This document shows, piece by piece, positions 13,167 through 25,751 of a DNA stretch of 64,000 nt. Where the stretch lies: positions 10,230,001 through 10,294,000 of the forward strand of contig CM060733.1 in the NCBI GenBank assembly GCA_030704615.1, in the 5' to 3' direction. The position numbers and the translations under genes were made by a program. The notes under the pieces are model-generated. The model was not told where the DNA came from. It was given only the letters and a program-made list of their open reading frames with translations, and ran no database searches. This DNA comes from Takakia lepidozioides (taxonomy: Eukaryota > Plantae > Bryophyta). How positions within the stretch are numbered: position 1 is the stretch's first letter; each line of letters opens with the position of its first letter.

Positions 13167-13719
13167 ATGAGGGATGTAAGAACTTAATGCACTTGTACGA
13201 TATGAGGGTACTTTCGCCGAATTTCGATAGCATCGACTCCTCCGATGTGCCTCCTACAAAATCTTTTCTACCCTTTCTTACCACAGACTCACTATTAATT
13301 TTAGAATGCAAATGATTGTTGTGTAATGACGAGTAGTCTATCGATAAGGTGATGGCAACGGTAGCTATGAGGTGCATGGTTCAATTCTTGATTAACGGTT
13401 ATATCAGGTTTGTGTGCATCGTTCTTGTCACCCAACATGTGGGAGTTACATAGATTGGAGTGACACTCCATTTCATGTCAATCTATGGTCACCCCATTCT
13501 ATGTCAGTCCAACTTTTGTCTGCACTCTTTATAGGAGGTGGGAAAATTTGTCATGCCAAAAACCAGTGTACTTTGTTAATATTAGAGATCACACACATGC
13601 ATTAAGTTCTTACATTATTCATAGTAGTATGGTCTATGCCGTTGAACACATATTGTACCGTCATTTTATTGAATATATATATGTATTTACATTTATGACC
13701 ATGTGTACCAAAAGACAAA

Positions 13720-14140
13720 CACTAGTACATATTGTCGTTTTTATGACTACGGGTAATATAAACCTTGGTAACCATGACTATGTATGTGACTACATAGTGA
13801 TGAAACCCATTGTTGGGCGCATTTTAATATATTTTAATCTAATGAAGTCATACATGTTACTACATGACTAGGAGCTGTGGTCAAACATTGTTGACCAAGA
13901 ACACAAGTTTGGTTTATATAACTAGTAGTCATACGCAATACTACACGTCAGACACGTGCCATATAAGCTTATGACTAAATGACTGCACCACTACTACACA
14001 TTGATGACATGCCATAGAAGCTTATGACTACATGACTACAGTAGGTTTCACAGCTATATTTATATGACTACATCACTACCGGTGGCATCTTAAGGTATAT
14101 ACATGAATGGGTTCATCCATTGGATGACCTCATCCATCTA
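13720..14140 (+). mobile_element. CACTA left terminus and subterminal region (copy 1)
   Basis: CACTAGTACATATTGTCGTTTTTATGACTAC; dense ATGACTAC/GTAGTCAT subterminal repeats. Confidence 0.75.
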
Positions 14141-14299
14141 TCTTTAACAAAGCACTTGTGTCAATGGAATGACACAAAGTACAAAAAGTTAAAAAATTCA
14201 AACAGTTGCTTTAGGGTTGCCCACGTTCAGCCTAGAACACAAAGGGCTGAGACTTGGCCTCTTTTTGTCTCCCGCGCTACCATATGTTTTCGTAGTATC

Positions 14300-14770
14300 G
14301 AGCCGAAGCAGGGAGAACTTATGTCATGGAATGGGATGATTGCAAGATATGCAATGCAGGGGCGTGGGGTTAAGGCTTTGCGACCTATTCTTGAGCTTAT
14401 TCTTAAGCAAATGATGTAGGAAAGACGAGGATATGCACAGTAGGGGCGTGGTATAGAGGCTTCGGAGACATATGAGCAAATAATGCGGGAGGGGGTGAAG
14501 CCGGACCGGGTCACGTTCGTTTAAGTTTGCAATATCACCCTCGTGTACATGTATGCGAAATGTAGGTGCATCGAGGATGTGAAGGGAGTTTGCAACAGTA
14601 TGGCTGAACGATGCTTGCGGGATATGCACAACAAGGCCGCGGGAATGAGGCTTTGGAGACCTACGATCAAATGATGGCGGAAGGGGTGAAGCCCGACCAC
14701 ATCATGTTTGATTGCATTTGCAATGCATGCATAAGCCTGGCAGCCCTAGAAAAGGGCGAAGAGGTCCATG
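14300..14770 (+). pseudogene. PLS-class PPR gene fragment with stops/frameshifts, cut by a CACTA end
   Basis: SWNGMIARYAMQGRG, GVKPDRVTFV, YMYAKC..IED, MLAGYAQQGRGNEALETYDQMMAEGVKPD, LEKGEEVHA then CACTACAAGA. Confidence 0.85.
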
Positions 14771-15180
14771 CACTACAAGAGATTAGCGTTTTTAGGACTA
14801 CGGCTGGCAGAGTCATAAAAACTGCACTAGGTAGACGACTACAGAGCGTTGAAATGCGTTGTAGTCATAGTTTTATGATTCTGTAGTAATGGATATCACT
14901 ACATGACTCCGGAAAGTTAGGGAGCATTGGTCAAACATTGTTGACCACGATGACAAGGATGGTTTATATGACTAGTGTGATAATGTTCATTAATAAGGCA
15001 CAATTATGATTATATTATGACTTGTAATATTTGACTCATTGAGAGTACTTAGCATACAACTGAGGGATTACGATTTAATGCTGACGTGACCAACCTTGAT
15101 ACTTGGTGATTAGTAGTTGTTTTGTGAGTGATGTCTATGACTCAAGTGCCTACAACCACTTTGTGTAGTCATAAAAAGAA
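14771..15180 (+). mobile_element. CACTA left terminus (copy 2)
   Basis: CACTACAAGAGATTAGCGTTTTTAGGACTAC; shares GGTCAAACATTGTTGACCA..GGTTTATAT with copy 1 (~13879 vs ~14929). Confidence 0.75.
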
Positions 15181-15799
15181 CTTAACTGCTGCAAAGCACA
15201 CACCCGGTTGCATTTGATGTGGCCCATATTATGAATTAATGACCTAAATGTAAATGCATTTAGAATGATAGTAACATGTTCGTGGACTCTCCTTAAAGAT
15301 TGTAGAACTGCAGTAACTATCCGGTGTCTAAGAATATGTCAGTATTCTTGAGCGCTTTGAAAAGTATCACAAAGTGGTGAAAAAAGATTGGGTATGGATG
15401 GGTGGAATCAGGTGGGGCAGACTTTGTCACAAACTCCAGAAGAGGATAACCTATATTCTCAAGGGAGAAGCGTGCCAAAGGACCTTGGTCTTCATACGTA
15501 TGCATATGAGAAAAATTTCAAGGAGGGCTTGCTCACTGATACAACTCTCCCTCTCTTGAATGATAGGTTTGTCTCTCATCTCTTAAGGTGGCAGTGTGTG
15601 GGCTTAACAGTCTTATGTCCTCTCTTTCTCATATCCCCGGGGTCTGCAATGATATTTTTAATGATACCACCAAGCGATACTTCTTTGTATCTCCACATGC
15701 TATTCGATGCCACATGTATTGACCGTAAGTGAAGCTCTTGGGATGTGTGATGTCATTGACTTTTGGAGATCATTTAAAATAGTAAAATAATCAATACAT

Positions 15800-16490
15800 T
15801 CAGTTTGGTAGTTTGTTTTGTTTTGTTTGTAGCGTCGTTGAGATCTCCCAAACCGTAAGGCCTCCGCTAGGTTTCTTAATACCGTTGGAAAGCCCTTTGA
15901 TGAGTAGGGGTGCATCGATACGGTTTCATAAATTTTGGACCTACTGTGTGGAAGATATTGAATTTCAAGTATTTTAAGCACTAAAAATGAAGAATAGTAA
16001 ATTGGGTTTTACTTGAATACAATATATGTGCACAATGGCACGTACCACACTAGTCTTTATATTGAGCAAGGTAGTTTGTTTTGTCTTGTTCGTTTGTTTG
16101 TATGTGCGTGAAGATCTCCAAAACCGCAAGACCTCCACTTGAGTTCTTGATAGCGTTGAAAAGCCCTTGATGAATAGGGGTGCGTCGAGGTGGTTTCATA
16201 ATTTTTGGACTTGCGGTATGGGAGATATTGAATCAAATATTTTTTGTCACTGGAAATTCATGAAAAGTAGGCAACCAACATGTAGCCCAGTGGTAAGGGC
16301 ATATACCCTCTTACGAGTGGTTGTGGGTTCAAACCACCCTGTTGGTTGTTACAAAGGTGTCCACCTTCCTACTGCAAGGCAGTAGCCCTTCTGGGTCAAG
16401 TAACACCATAAGTTACGCTTGCTTCGGCAACGTGTCCACCTTTCATGAAAAGTAGCAAATTGGGGTTTTCTGGAATATTGGCCCTTTATT
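15800..16490 (+). mobile_element. Two further Helitron-like repeat copies; the second is interrupted by a SINE and then a CACTA end
   Basis: Same GTTTGTTTTG..GATCTCC..AAAGCCC..GATGA..GGGGTGC body as 11.4/11.8 kb; CACACTAG|T end at ~16053. Confidence 0.65.
16271..16441 (+). mobile_element. Complete tRNA-derived SINE (171 bp) with 14-bp TSD
   Basis: TSD TTCATGAAAAGTAG at 16257-16270 and 16442-16455; A box TAGCCCAGTGG, B box GGTTCAAACC. Confidence 0.85.
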
Positions 16491-17799
16491 TCACTAGTAC
16501 AGATTATCGTTTTTATGACTGCAAATATCACTACATTTGCAGTGATAAGTGCGATTATGACTACATCACTCTGCAGTGACAAACACGAAATCAGTTTCTA
16601 CCATCACTGCGGAGTGATAAGTGCGAAGTGATGGTCGTCACTGCAGACGTGGCACCTGCCAACGACTCATAGTGACGTGGGGTGTAGTGTTGTAGTCATA
16701 ACTATACGACTACAAGGCTACGTGTCATGACTACACTTACGACTATGTCACTACAGATGAGCGCCAACATGGAGAGGTCTCTTCATGACACGCATGACCC
16801 CCCGGATGTATATGACTACACGACTGTACCTTATGACTACACTTATGACTATTCACTACTCATTACATCATTGAGGGTAGCATGTGGTATATTTCATGAT
16901 TACAAATGTGACTCCATCACTATAGGTTTGTACTGGTTCTGGTAGGTCATCTAACACGTGTCCTTATTCGATTAGTTTATAAAACCATTAATGCTATTTT
17001 ATTTATTTATTTCATGTAAATTTTATTTATCGTTTTGATATTCAAATATGTTTCAATATACAGAGCAATATATTTAATTGAATGAAATAATTTCACATGG
17101 CACTGTGCCTTGCAGGACATTCAGTACCTTTCTTCTTCCTAGCGCATGGCTTCTGAGGGCGTTTCACTCCTGGAAGCCTACACAAACACCTCCATGACCA
17201 TTACAGGGAACAGTAAAAAAGACATGGAAGCACATACCCTAAACCTTAAGCCTACGCTGAAGCACAGCCGTGCCCTACCGCTGAAGCATAGCCGCACCCT
17301 ACCACTGAGTAATGGCTGCCCACGAATTGCGGACACCTCCCGCCTAATCACACACAGACACACCTGAAAGTGCCTACTCGTCACTCACCGCATCCTGCTT
17401 GCCTTTTCTGTTTGTAGAAGTTGCAGCTACCCTGCGTTCGTGCTATGAAGCTTATGAGAACTGCAGTAAGGTGTTAGGAGAAGGTGAATCACGAAAACAG
17501 TGAGTGGGTAACCAAAGTCAGGAACTAAACTCACCCTTCTATCGACTGCCTGAACGTTGCTTCCACCTCCTTTATGGCAGCAACCCGTGCCTCTCGAAAC
17601 TTCTCGTACTCTGTGAGAGGGACAGTCACCTCCAGGACCCTCTGCTTCACCATGGATACTCAGAAACTCTACTTACAGATGTAGTACACGATCTACATAT
17701 AGCACTGGTAGCTGGTGCAAATCAAGTTCAATCAGTGTGCGTAACATTCAAACAGGGTAGGGGGTGACGTTCAAAGCATGGAAAGTGATATTGCAGATG

Positions 17800-20700
17800 A
17801 GGACCGGATCCGGATGCGACGTAGAAGAGATGACCGTCTATGACGAATGGAAGAAGCTTATGCTTTAAGCAATTTGGGCATACAAAAATGTTGTGCAACG
17901 GCGATGAGTGTCATGGAGGAAAACTAATGTCGTTCGAAACTGTGAGGAAACATTACCTGATGCACGGGAGGATCCCCTTCTCCGCAGCTGTTCTATTCCG
18001 GTACGATTGCCACTTCCCCTTCAAAACTTGAGTATGAATTTTTGAATTCAACGATCCACTTTACCACGTGTCCTAATTTCGTTGGGTGATTCTAGTCATG
18101 TAGTCATAATATACAGACGTCACTATAACTACGTCATTGCCCTTTTGACTTCAACTATTGCACATGTCCTGTTTTCATTGGTCATCTGTAGTCATTTAGT
18201 CATATAGGGCTTACTAAGTGACTGCAACTATGACTTCCATGGCTACAAATGGAGTGTTTTGATTGGTTGACTCACAACATGACTGTTGTGGTGCAGGGAC
18301 GTGTAGATTCCGATGATGAAGACGAAGGCCCTGCGTTTCAGCGGGAGCCAAATGTCATTGAGAATGCAGATGAGGGTGGTGGATTGCACGTAGAAATCCA
18401 GCGTGCATTACATGAAGCATTTCAATTTGTTGATGCAAACAGACAAGACCCCATTCATGGTGGAACCAATCACATTGGAACTGATCATGTCGACCACATT
18501 GACGATTCCAGAGACAATGGAGACAATTTGCAGAATCCAGATAACGTTCAAGATGAATTTGATGAGAATGCTCACCTGCACGTTGATCCCGAGTATGACA
18601 AACTCTTCCGACAGTCGCAATGTCAACTTTACGAAGGGTGCTCGATCAGCCGGCTGCAAGCAACTTTGACGTTGCTCAACGCATGCACTACCCACAAATG
18701 CACCAATGCATTTGTGGATGAGCTACTGGGATTGTTGAGTAAGAATTTTCTGCCGGCCGAGAATTCATTGCCGAAAACTCACTATGAAGCAAAAACCATG
18801 ATTGCCAAAATGGGATTGTAATACAAGATGATTCATGCCTGTGAGGATGGTTGTGTACTCTTCCGTGCGGAGTATGAGAAGGCAACCATTTGCCCAGTAT
18901 GCCACAAGTCCCGTTACATTCCTGGTCGTGGAACTGTGCTCATAAAAGTATTGCGACACTTCCCTGTCATTCCGAGGTTGAAACGTATGTACAAATGTAA
19001 GTCGATCGCAGAGTTAATGACATGGCACGACAGACATAAGAGCCAAGATGGGTTGGTTCGACATCCAGCTGATAGCAAAGCATGGAAACACATTGACACG
19101 ACATTTCCAGATTTTGCTGCAGAGCCACGATCTGTACGATTTCGATTGGCCCTTGACGGTGTAAATCCCTACGGAGCTCAATCCACCAGTTGGAGCACAT
19201 GGCCTATTCTCTTGGTCAATTACAATCTACCTCCATGGTTAATGACCAAGAAGTTCATTGTCATGTTAGCGCTACTGATTCCTGGAAATGAGTCTGTTAC
19301 CTCTAAGAACATAGATGTTTACTTGATGCCCCTAGTGGAAGAGCTACTGGAACTATGGTCTGGGATTGTAACTCATGATGTTTCCCGTCCTTGTGATTAA
19401 CGCGAATTCACACTGAAGGCACTGTTGATGTGGTCAATCCATGACTACCCTGCATATGGCTTGCTCTCAGGTCAAGTGACGAAAGATTATGCTGGTTGTC
19501 CAGCTTGTGGACCCGAGGTGACTTCACAGCAATTACACACATGTGGGAAGACTGTTTTCCCACCGAAGATTTTTGGCCCGCAATCATCCATATAGAAGGT
19601 CAAGAATGTTCAATGGCGTTACTGAGCATGGAACTCCTCCAAAAACGCATACTGGAACACAAATCAGGGAGCTTGCAACAGTTCGCACTGCATGGGTAGA
19701 AAACGGAGGGACACCAGATAGCAGGACAGACCCAGCAAAAACTCATGGAGTTAAGCGATCCTCAATTTTATATGTCTTACCTTATTGGGAGGTAATTCCT
19801 TCATGGCCTTTAAATTGGTTGTGTACATTTTTGCGTTTTCTATTGAAATTGTGATGATTAAATGCTCAATTGCTTATGCATTGATTTTGTAGGGCCTCCT
19901 CATCCGCCACACGTTTGATGCAATGCATTGCGAGAAGAACTTGGCTGAAAATATTATTAAAACAATCTTTGGTGAGAGAGACACATTGAAAGTTCGCCGT
20001 GATTTGGAGCTACTTGGGATGCGCCCGGAATTGTGGCTACAACGTGATCCTGACAGAGCAGATACGTTCATTATGCCTCCTGCCCCTTATGTCCTCACTG
20101 AGACTGAGTTAGAAGTCTTTCTCGAGATTGTGCAAAACCTGAAAGTGCCAACAGGCTACGCATCAGCTTCCAAAAAGCATGTGGTGAAGAAGAAATTGTT
20201 TGGCATGAAATCACATGACTATCATGTGCTCATGCAGCAAATTATACCGCTTGCTATCCGTGGGCTCATGGCAAGTGGTCCTCGCAGGGCCATTTTGCGA
20301 ATATGTCGTGTATTCAAGAAGTTGTGTGCAAAAGTGGTGAATCCTACAAAGTATGAGGAATTGAGAACTGAAGCAGTTGTCACTCTGTGTCTTATAGAGA
20401 AGGAGTTCCCACCATCATTTTTTGATGTGATGACACATCTGGTTGTCCACCTAGTAGACGAGTTGTACTTATATGGGCCTGTAGCATCTCGTTGGATGTA
20501 CCCCATGGAGCGGGCAATGAAAGATATGAAGGGCTACGTAAGAAACATGGCAAGGCCCGAGGGGAGCATGGCAGAAGGATATCAATTTGAAGAAGCATTG
20601 GGTTTTTGCACAGAGTATATGGCAGGATTTGATGGAAGTGTACGAAGGGTGTGGGATGCAGATGAGGGAGAATATGTGGAACGTGAAGTTGTGGAAGGAA

Positions 20701-21873
20701 GTTCTAAATCCCAGAAATTGAATGACCTGCGTGATATTGTACATGAGTACATCATTCAGAACCATCCTCGCCTATCAGTCATGTTGGGGTAAGAAATCTA
20801 CACCATTGACATTCAGATTTCCAAGTTTTAGTCATTTCTCAGCAGTTGGCATATGGTGTCTTTTCATATCTCCCACGCCACCTCTGTCAATCTCCTGGCT
20901 GACCCTCGGTTTGTGACAGGATATATGAAGTGGAGTCCACACGGATAGAAGCCAGACGACGCTTGTTTCGTGAGGAGCAAGGGCTGGAAGGCATGAGCAA
21001 TTCCACGACAATTCAATACCCTCCTGATTTGCATCCATGTCCTCCATTTGCTGTTTGGCTCCCTCAAGGTGTACGGGATCATCTCTCAACTCAATCAGAT
21101 GGGCTTGATCCTACAACACGTGAGGAATTACTGGATTTTTCAAGGCCTCCATCATTTACTGCCCTATCATTCAAGAGTATGACAGCGTATGGTAACCATT
21201 ACAAGGCTATACCCCCCGGCATGAACACAACAAGTATGATATCTTTTGATTGTGGAGTCTCATCTGTTTTCCAGCACCAGTCCATTACCAACAATTCAGG
21301 CAATGACATGGAGGAACCTACAAGATATGTGGGTCTTATAAGGGAGATTTTGCAAATTGACTATGGCCAAACACAGCCTATAGTGTTTTTGTGTTTGTGG
21401 GTACGGGCGCGTCGTATGGGTCGTCAACCTATGTCAATGAAGCAGGATGATGCTGGCTTCACACTGGTCAATTTTAACCGTATGCTTCCACCTTCTGAGC
21501 AACCTTTTGTGTTTCCTGGCCAGGTTGATCAAGTGTTTTTTTCTGATTGTGTGAAGGAGCCGGGGTGGAAGGTCGTCCCGGAGAAGAGCCCCCGAGCACG
21601 TAGAGTGGTCTGTGACATATCAATTGCTAATGATGATGTGGCGGAAGTGGAAGGATTGTTAGCCCCACAAAGACTAGAGGAGACTCTGGTAACTGATGGC
21701 CCAACATGCAGCCGAGCGGTACCGGTTACTCCACAGCAGGTGGCCTCCTTGTACCTCCAAGCACCCCGTAGTAGTGGTGATGAAGTTCAGCCAACCCTTG
21801 GATAAGATGATGTCTGTGATGAAGACAGTGATACATGCAGTGACCCAGACATAGATGAGGATGATGGGGATTA
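17800..21873 (+). pseudogene. CACTA TnpD transposase pseudogene (transposase-associated, Transposase_21, DUF4218- and DUF4216-like regions)
   Basis: IHACEDGCVLF, CPVCHKSRY, LRHFPVIPRLKR, RHPADSKAWK, LALDGVNPY, NYNLPPWL, DYPAYG, MHCEKN, GMKSHDYHVLMQ, FPPSFFDVMTHL, RWMYPMER, PFVFPGQVDQVFF; in-frame TAA at 18819, 19398, 21803, a frameshift near 19540, introns ~19792-19892 and ~20789-20920. Confidence 0.95.
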
Positions 21874-22099
21874 GATGTGCTAGATTTGTGCACTCCAGTT
21901 ATAGACCGAGCTCTAGAGCTTAAGGTGGTAAAACTCCCTTCGCATTCCCATTAAGATATCATGCTTGAACAATGGATTTTATGATCAATTGTGGAGTGTT
22001 TTCCTTTCAGCACCCTTTATTCATTTGTTGTTGCAATTGGCTTTGGACCAACAAGTGCAACTACCATTGCCATGGGTTCTGCCTTCAATATTTTCTTGC

Positions 22100-24050
22100 C
22101 ATGGATTCGGATGCAGCACTGACATTAGACCTCAATGAGTCTACTTCTATTTCACTACGGAAAGATGGGCGATTTAGTCAGAGTGAGTCCAAGGTTGAGC
22201 CAAACATGATGCTGAAGCAATGTGAACAACCAGACAACGAAGTTACAAGATGGCTAGACAATAAAAATGAAACTGAATTTTGATTATCAGGCTCGTATAA
22301 ATGCATCCCATGTATGGGACAAGCTCTTGGTGTTCATGTGCCTCCCTCAGTTGTTGAGCCTCTGTCTGCCCTTGATGTTGGGGCAGAACTCTCAACACCA
22401 GTCACAACAAGAAGCTGTAACCTTTCCAGTGACAAAGATTTGTCTTTTCCCAATTGTGCTGCAAGCAAGCTTATGTCTGAAGCAGCAGGCAGTGCCATAG
22501 AGAACTGTCTCTCTTATAGTACAGCAAATGGACATAGTAAAGGCTTCAGATAAAAATTGTTGGGATGTTGTACATTTCCAAAAGAGAGTGTTGGAATCGA
22601 GAGCCATGATCTGCACGATATGGAATGTGGCTTGAATTTTGTAAATGCCACTGGCCACAATGGTCTGCAGGTGCCAGGTAGCACTTCTGATGAACAAAAT
22701 GTGAAAGACAAGGAGCAGTGCCAAAATCCAGGACACGAACACTTGAAAGACATGGGCTTGGTTGGGTGCTTTGATCCCATGGGGGGAAGGTGCCAATGGC
22801 AATATTGATGTTAAGGCAGCACAGGTTGAGGAGCTGGTTACAGGGCCAATAGATGTAGATGACATAGCTGGTGGATTTGATGAGTTTTGGGAGAGGTGGA
22901 AGGTTGTCGACGAATTCACCTTTGATCTGTATTTTAAAATGCAGAGTACTGAAGATGCTGCCCCACTCTTTTAGGTGGAGGGCACCGCCTTGTGCTGGAG
23001 GGACTCACCTGTTTACTACATCAGTTTTTTTAACCAACTCAGGTCATTGAGTAGATGTGGTGGAAGTGCCCATGGTGGCAATAAATTTCATGATGTATTG
23101 ACAGACGATAAGGAGAAAATCAATCCAATCCAATGCTTGGGAGACGACTGTTTGGATATAGCTAAGACACGATGGCACATGGTTACCCAGGCCTTAACCA
23201 TTCTTGGGAAATTGTCTGAGAGGCTGACATATCACAAGTCAGTGCAGTAAACATAGAAGAACACCTCGATGCCTTTATTAAAGAAACTGACATGGTGATC
23301 AATTTATCAAGAGACATGCTTGGCTTCGAATCAGAAGGCAATGACCTGGAGGAAATAAATTATCAAACAAGGGATGAAAAGTGGTCACATGTTCCACTTG
23401 ATAGCAATGGTACACTAAGACAAGGAGTTGATTCAGCTGAAGCTCTTGCCACCCCAATGACAAAAAGTATGGGCAAGGAAGTCTTGCAGCAATATGAACA
23501 CACTTTGGAGAAATCGAAGGATGAGCAACAAAGTGGCAGCATGCTTGTGTTCTCAGATGGTCAAGAGAGCAGTGGTACCCTTGACTGGCTCCCATCTCTT
23601 GCTCAAGTATATGCGGATAAAGACAATGAAACCAGGTCAGAAATGAAGAGACTAGTTCATGACTACCCTGCATATGGCTTGCATGAAGGTGGCACCCAAA
23701 ATGGAGATAGGCAGCAGCAATATCAAGGAAATAGAGATGAGAAACTTAGTTTTTTTTAGGCTCAGTGAGGACAGTGAGAAAGGATCAAATCTGCACACAA
23801 TAGATATGCAGGAAAGTGAGGTCATCACACAATGTCATCAAGTGAGGTCATCAATTTGTGTGAAGGAGCCGAAACATGGTAACACTACTTACATCAGGCT
23901 GCATCTCGTGAAACTGGTGAAGGACCTACAAGGAAATACTGGCTGCGCCATACAAAGTTTTGCAGTGTTCCTGACAAGGAACCACCATTGCAACCGTCAT
24001 GTTCTATGGAAATCTCTCTCTCTCTCTTTCTTTCCCACTCACACATGAAC
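22100..24050 (+). pseudogene. Fragmented second ORF of the CACTA element (function unknown)
   Basis: Chain of same-strand acidic ORF pieces broken by stops/frameshifts directly after the transposase; no motif recognised. Confidence 0.45.
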
Positions 24051-24639
24051 CTCTGAAATGGACAATAGAGACCAGAATTGCCTTCATCATCCCCAAAAAC
24101 TATTGGCTGGTGTACTTGAGGTTCAATTTCTTTCAGAGTCTACCATTCAACTTCTAAGAATTGCATCATTTTGTCAAAGAGTCTTGTACAACTTGTCTGA
24201 CATTGTTGAAATTGTGCATAGAAAGTGCGCTTAATGTGGTTGGGCCGCTTTTTTGTGAAGCCAATGCAGAAAATCCGCAACCTGTAATTGTCTATTGTTT
24301 TCACATCCACATGTGACTCTATCAGACTCTACCATTTCCGCACCAACCTCCATCAACTTGTCTGTGGTGAAATTTATTCCCTGCACCAATCCCAAGTCAA
24401 ATTACAACACGGCCTTTAACCATGACAAGAAAATAAGCTTATTGTAGAGTGCCAAAATGCACAAATTTACCTGAGAATAAGCACTTCAATTCGCTATGAT
24501 GTACCGAGTGATAAGAGCCCCATACTAGAAGCAGCACTGCGCCCACTTAGGATGAGACTAACCTTAGTGAGGACATTGCGACCTTGCACAAATAAAACAG
24601 TTTGGCAATTCGTAGAGAGAACACATATACTGGCGGCCA

Positions 24640-25200
24640 GCCTCAACCTTTCCTTTGTAATATCTTCCCTTATTCGACCGGCCAAGCTGTGATGACGACA
24701 ATGTTGGCCATATCCTAACAGCATTGCATTAAAAAAGAATTCCCAAAATCAAGATCATGAGGGGAAATGTGAAGTTCCCTCTGGAACCTTCCAGACAGAA
24801 TGAAGGGATTGACAGCGAAATAAGGTCAAAAAGAGGGAAGAAGATGCAGGTTCCGATTGGGATTTCGCATCGGGTCTGTAGCTTCATGATGGTGATTGGT
24901 TATAACTGTTAATGGAAGAGCTTCTGATTCCACAGCAGATATTTAAGAGTTTCGATTATAACTTACCAATCTGACACCAGATAACCTTCGTCCATATTAT
25001 CGAACTCTCCCTTCCCATTTGCATCGTCGATGCTTCCATACATGCCCATGAAGGTAGTGTTCCGAATATATTCAAGTAGATGCAGTTGTCGGCTGCGATA
25101 GGATCACCATGCTATCCTGCAATCATCGCATTTGAAGACACGATGCATCGTTCAGCCCTATTGTCGCACACCCCCTCTCTGCAAACTCCACATTCCAAAC
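24640..25200 (-). pseudogene. Highly degraded PPR gene fragment
   Basis: Minus-strand NAMIAG*HG, NTTFMGMYGSIDDA..FDNMDE..LVS, NAMLLGYGQH. Confidence 0.6.
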
Positions 25201-25334
25201 GGCATCCTCTGTAGACTCTTACTTTACAGACTCAATGAAGAATGCGACTTAGTGCTCTATGGTAACTACAAAATGCTTGAGCTATATCAAACCAATAAGG
25301 AACTAACACATGTACTAAGCTGATAGGATTTCGG

Positions 25335-25690
25335 CAAACATGGATGGATGAGTTCATCCAATGGATGGATCCATTCATGTATATACCTTCAAAATGACAC
25401 GTGTAGTAATAAAGTCATATAAATGCCTTTAAAATGCCACGTGTAGTGATTGACTCATATATACGGAGTTATGAAACAATCTGCAGTCATAAGTCACATG
25501 CCATGTCATGTTGTAGATGAACTCATCCAATGGATGAATACATTCGTGTATTGCCTTCAAAATGACACGTGTAACAATGTAGTCGTATAATTAGAGCTGT
25601 GAAAATATCTTTAGTCATGGAGTCAAAAGTTTCCATGATGGACATTTTCAGTCATTTGTATTACTATAATTACGACTACAATTTGATGTG
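25335..25690 (-). mobile_element. Inverted copy of the CACTA copy-1 subterminal sequence
   Basis: 25338-25410 is the reverse complement of ~14070-14140 (AAGGTATATACATGAATGG..CATCCATTGGATGA.CTCATCCATC); partly repeated at ~25515-25590. Confidence 0.7.
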
Positions 25691-25751
25691 GTATTTGATA
25701 TATGTTTTTATTTTAAATAAATATTTGATATATTATGAGTCGTTTTTGGAG

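Larger units (their letters stand above)
16492..24050 (+). mobile_element. Decayed autonomous-type CACTA (En/Spm) element; left TIR at 16492, right end not found
   Basis: CACTAGTACAGATTATCGTTTTTATGACTGC, subterminal ATGACTAC repeats, transposase and a second degraded ORF downstream. Confidence 0.85.

Noticed and set aside
14970-14980. ACTAGTG as right TIR of the CACTA at 14771
   Set aside because: Flank TGA does not match ATG, and the internal sequence is not an inverted terminus
16271-16345. Functional tRNA gene
   Set aside because: Only A/B boxes, no convincing cloverleaf; lies in a TSD-flanked SINE
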